A stretch of DNA of 64,000 nt from Pocillopora damicornis (taxonomy: Eukaryota): contig NW_020843495.1 in the NCBI RefSeq assembly GCF_003704095.1, positions 62,001-126,000 on the forward strand, written 5' to 3'. The notes below the pieces were generated by a model that was given only the letters and a program-made list of their open reading frames with translations, did no database searches and was not told the origin of the DNA. Of the stretch, positions 1 to 13,600 are shown one piece after another. The translations under genes were made by a program, and so were the position numbers. Positions within the stretch are counted from its first letter, which is position 1, and the number at the start of each line of letters is the position of its first letter.

Positions 1-320
1 CACTGCCACCATCGGACCTCCGCTTGGTTTGACGACTTCAGTGGACGAAGCTTTTGTGGTATTGTCCTCTTTAGTGCTTACGCTTTGGGTTGATTCAGAG
101 TTGCTGACAGGCACCTGTGACAAGGACGTGACACCAAGCTCATCGAGTTTCCCTGCTTCTAGCCAACGCCTTAAATAGCGACAAACTGATCCACCGAACT
201 TCACGTACAGAGGAAATACCACCACAGCCTATAAACATCAAGTCCACATTCTTGATGATTAACTGTTGATTAACTTCAATAGAATTTTTAAAAGCAAGGA
301 AGAAAAATAATGCAAAATTG

Positions 321-399
<79 letters not shown>

Positions 400-3300
400 C
401 CGTCTGTATAAATGTATGGTGAAACTAAAGATAATAACCTTTAATCGGGACTCTTGGTCTGGTTCTCCAAAGAGCCTTCGAAACACATCTCTAAAAACAA
501 AGAAAGAATCAACCTCACAGTTATTCAACAATTTCGTTACATCAAAGATAAATGATGTAAATTTCTAAGAGCTGTGATAGATTCATCAAAAACATAGCAA
601 ACTCAATCCCAGGCTACTGTCACTTTACACAAAATACCTTGTATCTTTGTGAACAAAGGGATCTTTGGCTGAGGATATAAAAATCAAATGTTTAACATAT
701 GTTTTAGACTGCAGAATTACTAGAACATGCAATACTACACATCTCTGGTAAGGTATCAATAAAGTACCCAGCAATTTTAACCCTTCAACTCACATGGATG
801 ACTAAGACAGAATTTCTCCTTACAATTTCAAAAACAACATCAAGCAGACAAGTGATGAGAATAAAGAAAAATATCAACTATTGTTATTTGACCCAATGCC
901 AAATTCACAGAACTGACATCATAAGAATTGTATGAAAGAGAGTAAGGAGAATTACTATTGAGATCTTGGGAGTGAAAGGGTTCAGAGCTTGTGATAAGAA
1001 GGAAATAATGGAGTTCCCAACACACTGTTGAGACAAATGTATTAATACAACAGTTAAAGAGCAAGTGAGAAGATGATGACTAAAAGCCCAAACTGGTTCA
1101 TATATTATAATTCATGGTAAAGCATAGAATGAAGAGTAAATAAGAGTTACAAAGTTAACCAAAATGAAATAATGTGCTGAAGATTGATGTTCCCCAAAAT
1201 ACAAACAAATCAGTAAAGGAAATCAACACTGCAAGATCATACTAATATCAAGGGCAGAACTGTTATGGGTTCACAGGTGCAACAAAAACAATTTCAGGTT
1301 TAAATAATTAAAGGTGTCTACCTACCACATGAGGAACTACCACCCAGGTTCTGAATCATGCCCCTGTTTTGAAGCAGACAAACAGCATCTGTGACCAAAT
1401 ATTTACCTTTGCTTGCCTTACCTGTGACAACATAGAAAAGTGCACTTTTAAACCTCAGAGAAAGTTTATGAGCAGAAAGGACTTAACAAATTGTATATAC
1501 TGCCAATGGGGCTCAAAAACAGAAAAGGAAAATGAACCATAAGAACATTATTTCTAGTTTTCCTGTGTTCTTTTGTGCTCTTCATTTTAATTTGCATTCT
1601 TAATGTTAGTCTGTTTTTTCAGTCAGCACCTATTAAAACCATGATACAGCTTCCAGTTAATTATTTCATTGACACTCAAATTAAGCAAAAAAAAAAAAAA
1701 ACAAATACAGTCCTACAGAGTTGTCAAAATATGCCAGCAGCCACTACATTTCACCACCCACCAAAAAACATGTCATCTTTTCCAAATGTTTATGTCACAA
1801 TTTTCAGTACTGAAGCATGAAATTCAGAGAAATAGAATTGCTTAATGCCACCCATTTTGTATCACAATCCAGTTACTTAAGATGTTATTAAAACTGTGGT
1901 CTTAAAAATGTTTGTTGTCTTAGGGTGCCTACTTTAGCTTCTTAACCGACTGCTTTAAATAGCAAAACTGAATATCACCTTCAACAAAACTTTTGGAAAT
2001 ATTTTCTATGACATCAACTATAAAGCTATGTTCATTCTGTCAAGAGAGAGCAAAAACAATTAAAAATCAAAAATTAGCTTTCTAAGATGAAAAATATACT
2101 TTCCTGTTGAGAATTTCATTATAAATAATTTGGTTCTTTGCCTCAATATTGCATCATCAATGGAGGATATTTAATTCAAAAGCTCAGAAGTTTCATCATC
2201 AATGCATCAATGCATCAATGCATTAATCAATGCATTAATGCATCAATGTTTGCATCATCAATGGAGGATAATTCAAAAGCTCAGAAGTTTCAATTAGTCA
2301 TATATATATATATATATATATATATATGGGAATATATATATATATATATATATGGGAAGTCTGTGTTTCAATTTTTCCAGTGTGCAGTGCTTGATTCATA
2401 GAAGTAGAGCACAATATATGTTGATATAGGGAAAAATAAAGAGACAATACTTTCATCCCTACAATCCTGTTTTGTGATTTCTCACTAATAAGGAGATTTT
2501 GAAATCCCTGAATTTTGGAATCCCTGATTTTAAAACAAGACTGTTTCATGATTACTAACTCACCATGGGACTTCAAAATCCCCTCATGAGTTAGTAATCA
2601 CAAAACAGGCTTGTAAGGAAAAAATTACAGTCTCTTCACTTTTCCCCTAACTCAATATATCTATATATATATAAACATATGTTCCTCCCATATATACCAA
2701 TTCCTAAAGAAAGGAGTAGATCTTAAATAATTTTATGCTACTGATATCAGGTTGACAAATCAACCACAATTTTCTATTTTCTATACCCTAATTGATCATA
2801 AAAGTGAAATCAACAATGTTCATTAAGATTTGTTTCTTTAAACAATACTGAGATTGAAATTTTTATCAAGGGTTATATACATACCTTAAGTGGAAAGTCT
2901 TTCATACAGCCATGATTTAATGAAAAATCCCTGAAAGCCTCAACAAACTTCTGCTTTCGTTCTTGTGTCTAAAATGATTAAAAATGTTAGAGATATTTAA
3001 AACCAGCAAGATCTTGTCAAAGTATAATCTGCCATTACAAGAGCAGAGACCCCGAGCTTGTTGCTGCAGTGTAAAACAGCTGATCATGTCACCTAGCAAA
3101 TGGAAATCTTTCCTGAATTGTATTTAGAAATGATTCAAATTTTCACATGGTGTACCACATGAGAATTACAATTTTGATGGCTAATACATCCATCACACAG
3201 ACAAAAACCACAATTCACCTCAGTGTTGGTGGCTAACATGATTAGCACCAACAAATCTTAAACCTTTTTTTTTCTGTGCCACAAATCAGTATGAAATTAT

Positions 3301-3953
3301 AAGCAACTGTTTGCAGACATTGCTGCTCCTAAAAGATTATTGAGATCCCTGTTATTTTTTTGTTTTGTTTCCAAAATATAGATTCAATCAGATAAGCAAC
3401 TAGGATAGAAACATTTGACAAAACTCTCAGGGGCAATTCTGACTCGAGCTGATTTTCATCAAAATATTAGTTGACAAATTATGTAAAAAATTGTCTCTTA
3501 CACTGATCGTGTTACGTCATGTACACGAAAGCTGATAGTTCAGCTGTTTTGTTCTTGAGGTAAGCTTGTATACTAGTTTTGGACTTACACTGTTTTTCAT
3601 GTGGGGAAGAGGTTTGGAGAATGAAGAGAAGAGTAACACAGTTATTGTTAGCCAGCACGATTTCAAATATCGGTAGATTAGATTGAAAATGAACCCACTG
3701 TCCTAAATGTACCAGAGAACGATTAAACTTGGTAGAAATGGAAAAACACGAATTCATATGATCGAACACCGATTTCGATTCGAGGTAGTTTCGATGGTAA
3801 TGATATCATTATTTTCACGGATCATTTCAATACCTGGTCTTCCAGTAAACTCTTCAATGCGTCCTTGTGCTTCTGGTAGAATTCATAGTCTTGAGGTGTG
3901 ATATCTGGGTCAAAGAGTTCGAAATCCGAAGAACTAAACAACACATTCCTCAT
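1..3953 (-). CDS. Uncharacterised multi-exon protein, 5' portion (continues beyond left edge)
   Basis: Phase-consistent GT-AG exon chain 3953-3834, 2968-2885, 2036-1979, 1421-1326, 719-638, 490-439, 228-<1 reading MRNVLFSSSDFELFDPDITPQDYEFYQKHKDALKSLLEDQ/TQERKQKFVEAFRDFSLNHGCMKDFPLK/NEHSFIVDVIENISKSFVE/GKASKGKYLVTDAVCLLQNRGMIQNLGGSSSC/VILQSKTYVKHLIFISSAKDPFVHKDTR/DVFRRLFGEPDQESRLK/AVVVFPLYVKFGGSVCRYLRRWLEAGKLDELG... In-frame TAA upstream of the ATG. No family recognised. Confidence 0.65.
324..397. repeat. (AT)n microsatellite
   Basis: Pure AT dinucleotide run, intronic. Confidence 0.95.
777..984. mobile_element. ~205 bp piggyBac-like MITE, family A copy 1
   Basis: ttaa-CCCTT...AAGGG-ttca ends; internal sequence matches copies at 22766-22970 and 33081-33293. 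Confidence 0.8.
2149..2353. repeat. Direct repeat flanking an (ATGCATCA)n-like run, followed by (TA)n
   Basis: ttgcatcatcaatggaggata..attcaaaagctcagaagtttca at ~2149 and ~2249; TA run 2299-2353. Confidence 0.8.
2414..2660. mobile_element. Degenerate foldback MITE-like element
   Basis: Arm acaatcctgttttgtgatttctcactaataaggagattttgaaatccc pairs imperfectly with gggacttcaaaatcccctcatgagttagtaatcacaaaacaggcttgt; pairing extends into the flanks. Confidence 0.65.
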
Positions 3954-6060
3954 TTTCTCTTCCACGCTATCTCTTACTGATGTACTTCTACCAGTTTAGC
4001 TCTATGGCTGCTTCATGTACGGAGGAGTGAAATATCAACTCGCAACCAGCTCTTCCCTCTCTTTTAGCGGCTCATTAAAGAGCGATGCCATTGCACTTTT
4101 CGTTGTTCTAAAGAATGACTTAAAGTCTGAAATCATCTGAATCGCTCGTGTATCCGATAGAGAGATACAGATAAATGTCGGAAACTAATAAAGGCCTTCG
4201 TACCGGCCCTTAGTTCAAGAATGCTGTAGCAGCGCTACTAGGGGTCAGCTCACCGAACATCAGCATAGCAGCGTAATATCGGTTACTTATCAAGATAGTT
4301 CGTTGACTTGACATGGTGAAATTACATATACATTCTATCCATGATGGCTTACAGAAGACTTCGACCTAATACTATCAATTTATGATTAGACTTTTAGGAG
4401 ATATTGCCATTAGAGATAATGAAGTTTTCAGTTTTTTCTTTCTGTTGTACTCCTTGGTATTTTATGCTCTTCGTTTTAGTAAATCTGTTTTTCTTTCGTA
4501 CTGTTTCATTGATCGGGGCGGTCCACTTTCATGATTTTCCATCCTTGCGAATCTTCAGGTAGATTAGAAATTTGTACCGGTCAAGTCCAGAACGAAGGAA
4601 TCCAGATGAATCTTCACCGAAAAAAAAACATTTACCTTATTTTTATTACAGGGTTTTAAAGGAGGAGTTAGGCAAATCACGCTCAACGGGAGGTTTTGCA
4701 CTGAACTTAAGGTCGACTTCGAAAACGAACCATAAAAGGTTACGGAAGGAATTCCTTCTTTACTCACTTGTTCAGATCTTCGAAGCGCAACTGGAGCTAT
4801 AAACTTAGTCTTTTTTCTTAACACAGTGAATACATTGTAAATAGATCGTGTTCTTCTAAATCAAATGAAACAAAGTAATTCACGTGTCTCATTATTTTGC
4901 TTTCAAGAGGATGCTGTGACAAAATCCCAATTACCGTTAGAAGAGAAGGGGCGCCGGAGGAGGAGCTGTAAATCCATTTAAAAGATAGTTTCTAAACTTT
5001 CAATGTTAAGTGCAGAATACTGACATCACTTGTTTGAGATTTATCAATCCGAAAGAGTCCCAAGAGCACAGTTTAACTGATAGTAAAATCTTAAAGACAT
5101 ATGAACCATAATGTGTCTCTCTAAGGTAGATCTATGCATGTGTGAAGTAAAGTTAAGACAAGACAGTCCTCCTTTCAAACTTTTTATTTAAGATTTCTTT
5201 ATACAATAATTTCAGGCTTTCAATTAACCAGTTACTCAATAAATCAGTTACACATGTCCACAATCGTCATGCATTCACGAGAAAAGAAGCTGATCTGCTA
5301 TATGCAAAAAGTGTCAAAGAAATAAAACTGAAATTCGTAAACCAGCCGAAAACGACAACAAAATATGTTTTCGGCGATGTAACAGCTTACTTGAGATTGA
5401 TTTTCAATCAAAGTTTACATAGTAAACATCACGTCCTGCTATTCAACTATTTCTTTAACAAAACTGAGAAGTCAAAGTGACGGAGAAACAAATGAAGATT
5501 GTTTTTAAAAACACGAATTCCTTACTTCAAAAAGGATCACTTCAAACGCAGCCATTCAACTCTGTACCATAGCTATTTCGTTCAGTCCAAACCGGTTCAT
5601 TACGAGTAAGACGTTACAACAAGGCCTGAGAATGTTGCATCGATATTTCTTCACATCCCCGTCACTTTTATATCAGCAGTGTACCCCAAACCCTACCCTC
5701 ACCCTATGCGATTCCAGCACAAGAAGAATAGCTAATCAAGAGAAGAGGATCATAGCGATAACATTTTCAACTATCAATTGTCGCTCATCCTATAACTTAA
5801 TCATATCTTGTTTCTTCACATGTTGTTTGTTTGTTGGTTGATCAAGTTCTCTTTCATTGCCTGCAAGTCGGAGAAGTTTTATCAAGTGGCCAGCACTTGA
5901 GATCAGTACAACAAACAAAAAATTAATCCCTTCATTCAACGTCTTTTAGAAACTCAGTGAACTTGACCTACCTCTAAGGGGAGGTGGGAAGCCGCCCGAA
6001 AAATATCAATACACGGAGAAACCCCATGGGGAAGTGAGACAGAACCTTGCGTCGCTATAA

Positions 6061-6240
6061 ACGATACCCTACAAAATTTAAAAAGTGCTAAATTTGCATC
6101 CTAAAGAAAAAAATGTACCATAAAAAAAACATGCTCTCAATTGTTGGATGAAGTCACTACACGATCCCCCCACAAAATTTAAAAAGTAATCATAGTACCT
6201 GTATAAAAAAAACATGTTCTCAAATGTTGGACGAAGTTAC
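6061..6240. repeat. Two-copy ~100 bp degenerate tandem repeat
   Basis: acgat.ccc..acaaaatttaaaaagt...aaaaaaacatg.tctcaa.tgttgga.gaagt.ac occurs at 6061 and 6161. Confidence 0.75.
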
Positions 6241-7609
6241 AACCGATAAAAATATTTTTGTATTTGAGTAAAAATGATTCCCTTTGACACGAGTCCCACT
6301 AAACACTGCCGTGTGAATCTTTGGTTTAGGACATATAGGGAACATATCGCAAAATTTCCGTTCAACCTCCCCTTACCTGGGTCACCCGTTTCTCTTGTGC
6401 CTCAAAGTTTTAACTCACTTTGTTAACAGAAACAGTAGGGTTTGCCACATACTAAGACTTGAGCGCCTGATGCAGCTTTGATACGAACCGGTCAGTAACT
6501 TATCGCGATAAACTTGAATTAAACTGCATTAGTTTAAATGCTATGGCCACCAATGATGCTGGTGGAACAGTATCACAATGTTGAACCTCGCAAGTAAAGC
6601 ACTAAATATGTATTCAAAACATTTCATCGGATAATCCAAGTCTTTTTTCTGCTGATACTTTCAAGGTTCTACCATTTTATTCCTTCCCTAGAGCGACAGG
6701 GGCCGTCAATACGAAAAAATGTGTGCGTTACACAGGGCGAAGTTCGCCTCGTGGACATAAAGATAAAAAGAATTAAACTTTCATAAAATATACAAAACTA
6801 CAATAGTAATGCAAAGGCAACAATGCCGGTCAATATCAAATAAAGTATAAAAGATGAAAGTATTCTCTACATACTGATGTGTCAAAACAAGTCTTTTGAT
6901 TTCAGTAGTTCAATCGATTCTAATGATCAGCCCTTTTTATAGACCTTTTGATGCTTATTAGTTGTTTTTCTTACTAAAATACCCCGATATAAGTTAAAAA
7001 ATATCACATATAAATCACAAATCATTGTTTTTGTAGCGACAGCTGTCTTCATGCTTGGAGCAAAGGCATATACGGTATGCACTATTATTTCCTTTTTGCT
7101 TTTTCTTTATCAAATGTAAACTTGTCGCTTAAACATAGAGGCACCTGCTTTGGCCTAATAGCTTTGAATTTACAAGACTCTTAGTTTTCTCTGATTGTTC
7201 AGCCCCAGAAAGTTTGAACATGAAAAGGTATGAAGATAAAAAAACTGAATTTCAAACGAAGGTAATCTGAAAACTTTGGGAGCACCCATGATTATCGTCT
7301 ACAAATAATTTTTACTGGCCAAAATATTCGTGGAGTGTTCTATTATCGATGAAGCAGCGAGGATGTCCCATGCACGGTAACCCCCTGAGTTGAAACACCA
7401 CTCAGTATTTTACAAATATGCCGAAAGCTCTTCATCTCGCAAGAACAATAACTATTGGCCTAAGTTATTGTCGAACGCTTCCAACAGCATTACACCTTTT
7501 CAAATACGTATGGAAGTATGCTGTGGTAAACTTGCTCGAAGTGATCATTTTAAAGCATAATCACTGCGGCTATTCGGCCGAATGATGCCGACATGTTTGG
7601 CAGCAGGAA

Positions 7610-10600
7610 TTACTTTATAGATAACGTATTCATCTTACGGCCAACAAAGTTCATTTTTTCCGGCTCCGAGAAGCTGATTCTTCTACGAGCAAGCTCTGGA
7701 GGGACCTGTGAATAAAAAAAAAAGAAAAAAAGATTAGCTCGAAGAATCAATCATGGTGTTATGTGGTGTTGTTGCATGAATTGTGGTGCATGGGTTCGGA
7801 GTGTCAGTTTAATTTTATCTCTGATTTTCAGTCCTGACCAGGCTAATCGTTGAATGTAAATGGATATCAGTTAATCGTTGACTACTCAAAAGTAACCATA
7901 AATATCTTTAAAAGTGCACGGATTGCTAACCCTAACCCCAAGCAATAAAGAAAAATTAGCTTTAAGAAGCGGTTTCTGAAAAAAAGGTCGATCAAACTGA
8001 GATACAAAGCCCGACGATCGTATCAAGGAAGAGATAACATAATCAGAATCCCAGTGAAATGTATTTATCCCAAGTGTCAGATGCCAAAGAAGTTATTAGA
8101 GTCAGTTACTGCGATGTAACCGATAACACGCACGTTCTGTTGCTGAAGAAACTCAGCGATCCGGCTGAATTCCGGTCGGCTTTTAGGGTTGTTACTCCAA
8201 CAGTCTTTTATAAGTTTCTGGAAAGAATGAAAATTAAGGTGAGTGGTGAAAAACACTTCTATGTTTTAATCACACAAAAACAGAGGTAAAGCGGAAACTG
8301 ATGATCATGGCTTTTTAGTCGTTCAACTGACCTTGAAGGATTCCGGGCACTGTAGATGTGCAACGCTTTCTTGTTTTCCTTTGCCGATCATCCATATGAT
8401 GGAATGTGTTGGGAAGTTTAAGGGCCATCTGCCAGTTAAAATCTCGTACAGGATCGTGCTATAAAACATGGCATTTTTTAACAAACAATTTAGCTCAAAT
8501 TGCAACCCTTTTGAGTGTTCGTAAGTATGTTTGGGTCGCTATCATAAGCGATATCGTATATCATATATCGTAAACCTTAAGATGACTATAGCTTTTGAAG
8601 TGCCAAAAGATTTTCCCCCGAGCAAATAACTCAAGCTAAGGCCCTTATTTTCTGTTTCAAATTTTAGGAAACGTACCTATACGCATACACGTTTGACCAG
8701 TCAGAGTTCTTTTCCTCTGTGGATAAAACACAGCCTTTCCTTGAAAGTGTGCGCATGAGCTCTGGAGCCAGGTATGTCAGGTGTCCTTGTGGTATGCTGG
8801 CATATCCCTCCCTGAAGTAACAAAAAGCGTTGCTTTAGTAATAGACTGGGAACGGCGTAAATAATAGACTAGGGTAATGTTGGCTCTCTCCCATCTTAAC
8901 TTCAGACCAATGCAAGTTTGTTTATTTTATTACTCGGGAATAAGCTCCCTAGTGCTTCAGATAAAACAGTTTCCTTTACCTTTCAACTCGTGTTGTCCTG
9001 TTGCAATATCCTGAAACACAGAGCTTGACTTTGGACTCTAGAAACACGTTCATGGTGGTAAGGGCCGGGAGAACGATGCCTTTTGCATGAAGATAGCTCA
9101 TACCCTGCAAAAAATTTTGAAAAATAACGATGGCCCAGTCAAGTGATCAGAAACAAACCTAATACCTGATCTAAGGGAACGGCGTCGGTTGACAAAAAAA
9201 AACAATGGCGTTTTCGAGACCTACGGAAAGTTCCCAGTAGGAATAGTATTTATAAAAAGCCGGTTCTTGTGCATTGATTTCCAGTCAACCTTTAAATTAA
9301 GGTTGATTTTCAAAGTAGAATTCTGGCGCATTTTGAAATCAACCTTAATTTTAAGGTTGATTTCTTTGTTTTCGATTTCCATCGGTGTCAGTCAAATAGT
9401 ACTAAAAATCAAATTCTTCTAGAGCGCAGCTGTGTAATCTAAGCGCACTTAACAGAAGATTTACCTCAACTAAAGTGAACTAATTTTGAAGATTCACTGA
9501 ATTGTGGACACAAACCTGTGCTATTTGCTTCGCAATAGAAATCTTAAACTGCCATGAGAACAAATCCTGCCGTACATGAAGATGGTTGTAGAGTGATAAA
9601 CCTCTTCTTACACTGGAAACAAAGATAACAATGCATTTAAAACATTGGTTTTCCCCGTATTGAATATCAATTTTTACTAACAATTCATATGAATATTCAA
9701 GAAGACAGACCGCAAAAAATGTGTACCTGGTGATGACTGCAAGGTTGGGTGGTTCAAGACACGCGCCCATGAAGAGAACAACATTTTCATGTCTGATCAT
9801 ACTCAACACAGACACTTCGTTAAGGAATTCCTCGACGTCTTCTTTCGTTGACCTCCGCCGCGTGTGAATCATGATGTCCCCATGCCATCTCCCCCTGAAA
9901 AACAAATTTTCAAGTAAATAAAACGGAATAAAGATTTGAGGCTAACTTTACAACAAAAGAGTTTTCAATATTTAAACCTTCTTCCCCTTCTCATTACAAA
10001 GTATTCCCAAAACTGGCACTTTTTTAGTTAATAAGGTGGATTTGAGGAATGTTTTTTTCTACACCGGTGCAGGTTAATCTATTAAGCTAAGGATGGCATC
10101 TCTTTTTGACATAATAAAAAAATTGAGGCTTCAACAAACTAGAAATTGTTTTTAAAGGCCTGCAAGAGCTGTTGCATCTTTCTTTGCCACAGCTGATTGT
10201 TATCACAATTCCACAAAGTAATTTTTTGTAAAAAAAAAAAAGCCGTAAACTCCAACAGTGTACAAAGAAATTTATCGTTAATAATGAACCTGAAGGAATT
10301 ACACACTTTTGACTGGCCAAAAAAAGTGCACTCACAAGTCACATGCTCGATTTTAAAGTTTTAACACGAGTGCAAATTACAAATAGAGCTTTCGAAATCT
10401 CGTCTATGTTGACTTTCTGTGATGTTTTTTCATGTACATTATTAACTAGTAATAACATGTTTTCTCTTGCAATTTGGCGTCAATGAACACTTGTCATTAT
10501 TTTAAAGACTACACGAGCTCGTGCAATTTTTTTGTATTTGAAAAATTTACTCCTGTTTATTAACGCCAAATTGCACTCGAAATCATGTTATCACCTATAC

Positions 10601-13600
10601 TAATGTGGATAGAATGCTCACTTGTAAACATATCCTTTGGGGCTGACACCCACTATTTCCCCAAACTGTAAGTCTGAATAAGGGATGCTCCATTCTCGAA
10701 GAGATTTCTGAAAGAACGATTAGAGAAGCTTCATGTAAAAAAGAGGTCAGAAGAACAAATAGGATCTTAAGTTATCCTTAACTTGCTATTGCATTTGAAG
10801 ACGAAGACACCAAGTTCACTTCTGCGCCCAAAGTTGTTGTCACTTACTAGTCTTGTACCTGATTCTCGAGCTCAAAGTCAAAATATTTCTCTAGGCATCA
10901 TACATGTAAGCAAACTTACATTCATAACGTTCGATCTGCATACGGAAATAGTCTTGCATGGGTGTTTTGGGTTAAATTTGGGGCGGCGCCGAAAGAATTG
11001 GAGAAGGAGGGTTGGGAGAGGAGGAGCATGTAGCGTGAACGTTACACATTCCCCATGCAATCGTGCTCGACATTAGTTAGCTGGAAAACACAATAACGTT
11101 GCAACGTTAGATGCCGCAAAAAAGTTCCCTACCTTGATATCCTCTTCATCCTGCTCATCTCTTTTCAAGCTGTAAAGAAGATTCAATAGAAAATATTCAG
11201 TGAGGCCTATAAAATTTACCGTCACTTATCGTACCAGACACATTACTCGGAAGATGCATTGCAGAATGTTTTAAATGAAAGCCAGAATGCTTCCGATGCG
11301 TGTGTCATAATATCTGACTGAGAAAACACCTCTGAAATGAAGTGCATATTGCTTGCGTCGTCTGGCAGTCCAGACAGCTTTTTGCATTAAGACTACTAAA
11401 TATGAATGTTACTAATCGCATGTGGCACCTATCCGTAATCAGCTTGTAGGCCAGACTCGCTTGGGACTTAGATTTTTTCCGGAAACAGTGGAGAATCTGT
11501 AGCATGTTTAAGGAACTGATGCGTGTATTCAACTGTAATTTTATCTTCTTGTTCATCTTGGATCGCGTCCGATTTCGCAAGAATTGACAAAGTCCTGCTT
11601 TCATGTCCAAAATATGACACTCACTAAACATACGATTTGAATTCAGCTCGAATTCAATTAAAGACGGCTAAAAATAGATCTTTACATAGAGGGTGGATGC
11701 TTTTTTGGTTTCTTTTCATTTTATATCCTGTCATTCATCAAAATATTAATCTAAAGCCTTTATAAAGCAAAGAAAAAAGTAAAGTCCCGCGCGAGGAATT
11801 TAAAATGCTAGAAATACCTCTAAACATTTATAATCGCATTTTTCAATTTATTGCGCAACAGTAACTTAATATATGTAAAAGTAAGCTTCAAAAGGGAAAA
11901 AAAAATTGAAAATCGCTTTGTTCTTTCGTTTTTTTTTTCTATTCTCCTTTTCGAGACTTACAAGATAAAATCATTTCCGAAATAGTGGTATCTAATTTAC
12001 CTTAAACCTTGAGGTACGAATTTTTTCTTCCTTCTTTCCTTTTTTTTTTTTTTGTGCATCCTTTAGCAGTTAATTGGTTGTACGTGATCCGTGAAGAGAT
12101 CCAGTCTTACCTTTTATTTACCGTGGGTAGTGGTTCGTGATACCTAAATGCCTGGAAGTCATCAGCTGCAGAAAAATAAATTGGTGCATTAATGAGAGAC
12201 AGACAGCATGCATTATTAATTGCAATTCGAAGAAATGCGATAACTTTATTGACGTGTCTTTTGAAAACGACAAGGTAAAAATGTGAAAAAGCGCAGATTT
12301 CTAATTCATAAGGTAGCATTCAATCTCAGTAAATTGTCTAAATGGAAAACGGGAAAAAATATCGCTTATCTATACGTCATGATCATTTTACGTCAGCAGT
12401 TGTAAAATGCTAGTTAATCTTCATCCAACTGGTGTGCGCATTAAAATCGACAAGTTGGACATCAAGCTGAGTAAATTTCTCGAACTACAGCTTTAGACCA
12501 CAACATGTTCTGGGGGATTCTTGTCATACAAATGAAGATAACACCAGTTTCATTGAACATTTTTTCCGGGGGATTTTCGCCAAACAAGAAAAATAAAAAC
12601 AGCATATTCATAGAGACTAAACAAAGTCCTCCGCATTTGCATTACCGAACGTGTCCCCTGAAGCAGTAAGATTTTTTGTCTTTTAAATTTAATATCTTAG
12701 TTAAAAGATAATAACAAGCATAACCCATAGTCAGCTTCGAATTCATTCGCTGGGTTTAAAGAGGGCCTTAAAATATTTTGATCAGATCAAAGAATCATTT
12801 CAGAAAAATTTGTCGCTTTACTTGTTAATTTCATATCCTTACTCAGGCCAGCGGAAGTGAATAGACTTCCATTTGACTTCTGATCATTAAAAAAAATTTT
12901 AGAAGTACTAAGCAGGTTTTCCGTGACTATAGGGTCAAAAATATGGCAGGAAAAAAATCTGATCTACAAACTCGCCCTCTTAAATTCCCAACTTTTTTTT
13001 AACTGAGCTCTGAGGGAATAATAGTGTTCATAGCTCTTAGAGCTATGAACACGCAACGATTAAAATTCAGTTGAATTGGGTTGGAATTAAAAACAACAGG
13101 CTCCAGAAACTTTTCATCTGAAGCTGGTTTTGCGAGACTTATTGAATGCTATCATCCAACCATGAGCAATTAATCCCGAGACGATTCCAAACTTGCATTA
13201 GCGCTACCGAGATAAACTACTGATTTGATACTGCTATAAGAATTTCTTTCCAGAACCGGTAATTTTTAGGAAATCCAGTCGATTTTAACGAAAAAACACT
13301 CCCGTGTAAAAATATATCAACATTGTAGGTTTCCATGTTTCAGTAAGCGACACTGAAGATACTTTACGGCGAATCGTGTCTCATGGCTGCTGCATGTAGC
13401 GAATGATATTTAATTCAAGTCCATAGGTCATGATCAAATGAGTCAGGTTTTTGCTCAGTTTTCGCCCCCGAAGGGCGGATGAATGATAAAAGAACAAACA
13501 GGTGGGCAACTTAGATCGACGGCGATCACAACAGGAAAATCATCATCAATAATATTGACTACGCGAGCGCACACTACTGAATACATATTCATGAAGAATC

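Noticed and set aside
259-2576. ORFs with IYIYIY runs
   Set aside because: Translations of (AT)n microsatellites.
3003-3093. Possible extra exon of the first gene (DMISCFTLQQQARGLC...)
   Set aside because: It would leave an intron of only ~34 bp, its entry phase does not fit, and the model is in phase without it.
4564-4824. Overlapping ORFs on both strands
   Set aside because: No recognisable motif or consistent splice partners.
7925-7940. Telomere-like CTAACCCTAACCC
   Set aside because: Only two units; chance level.
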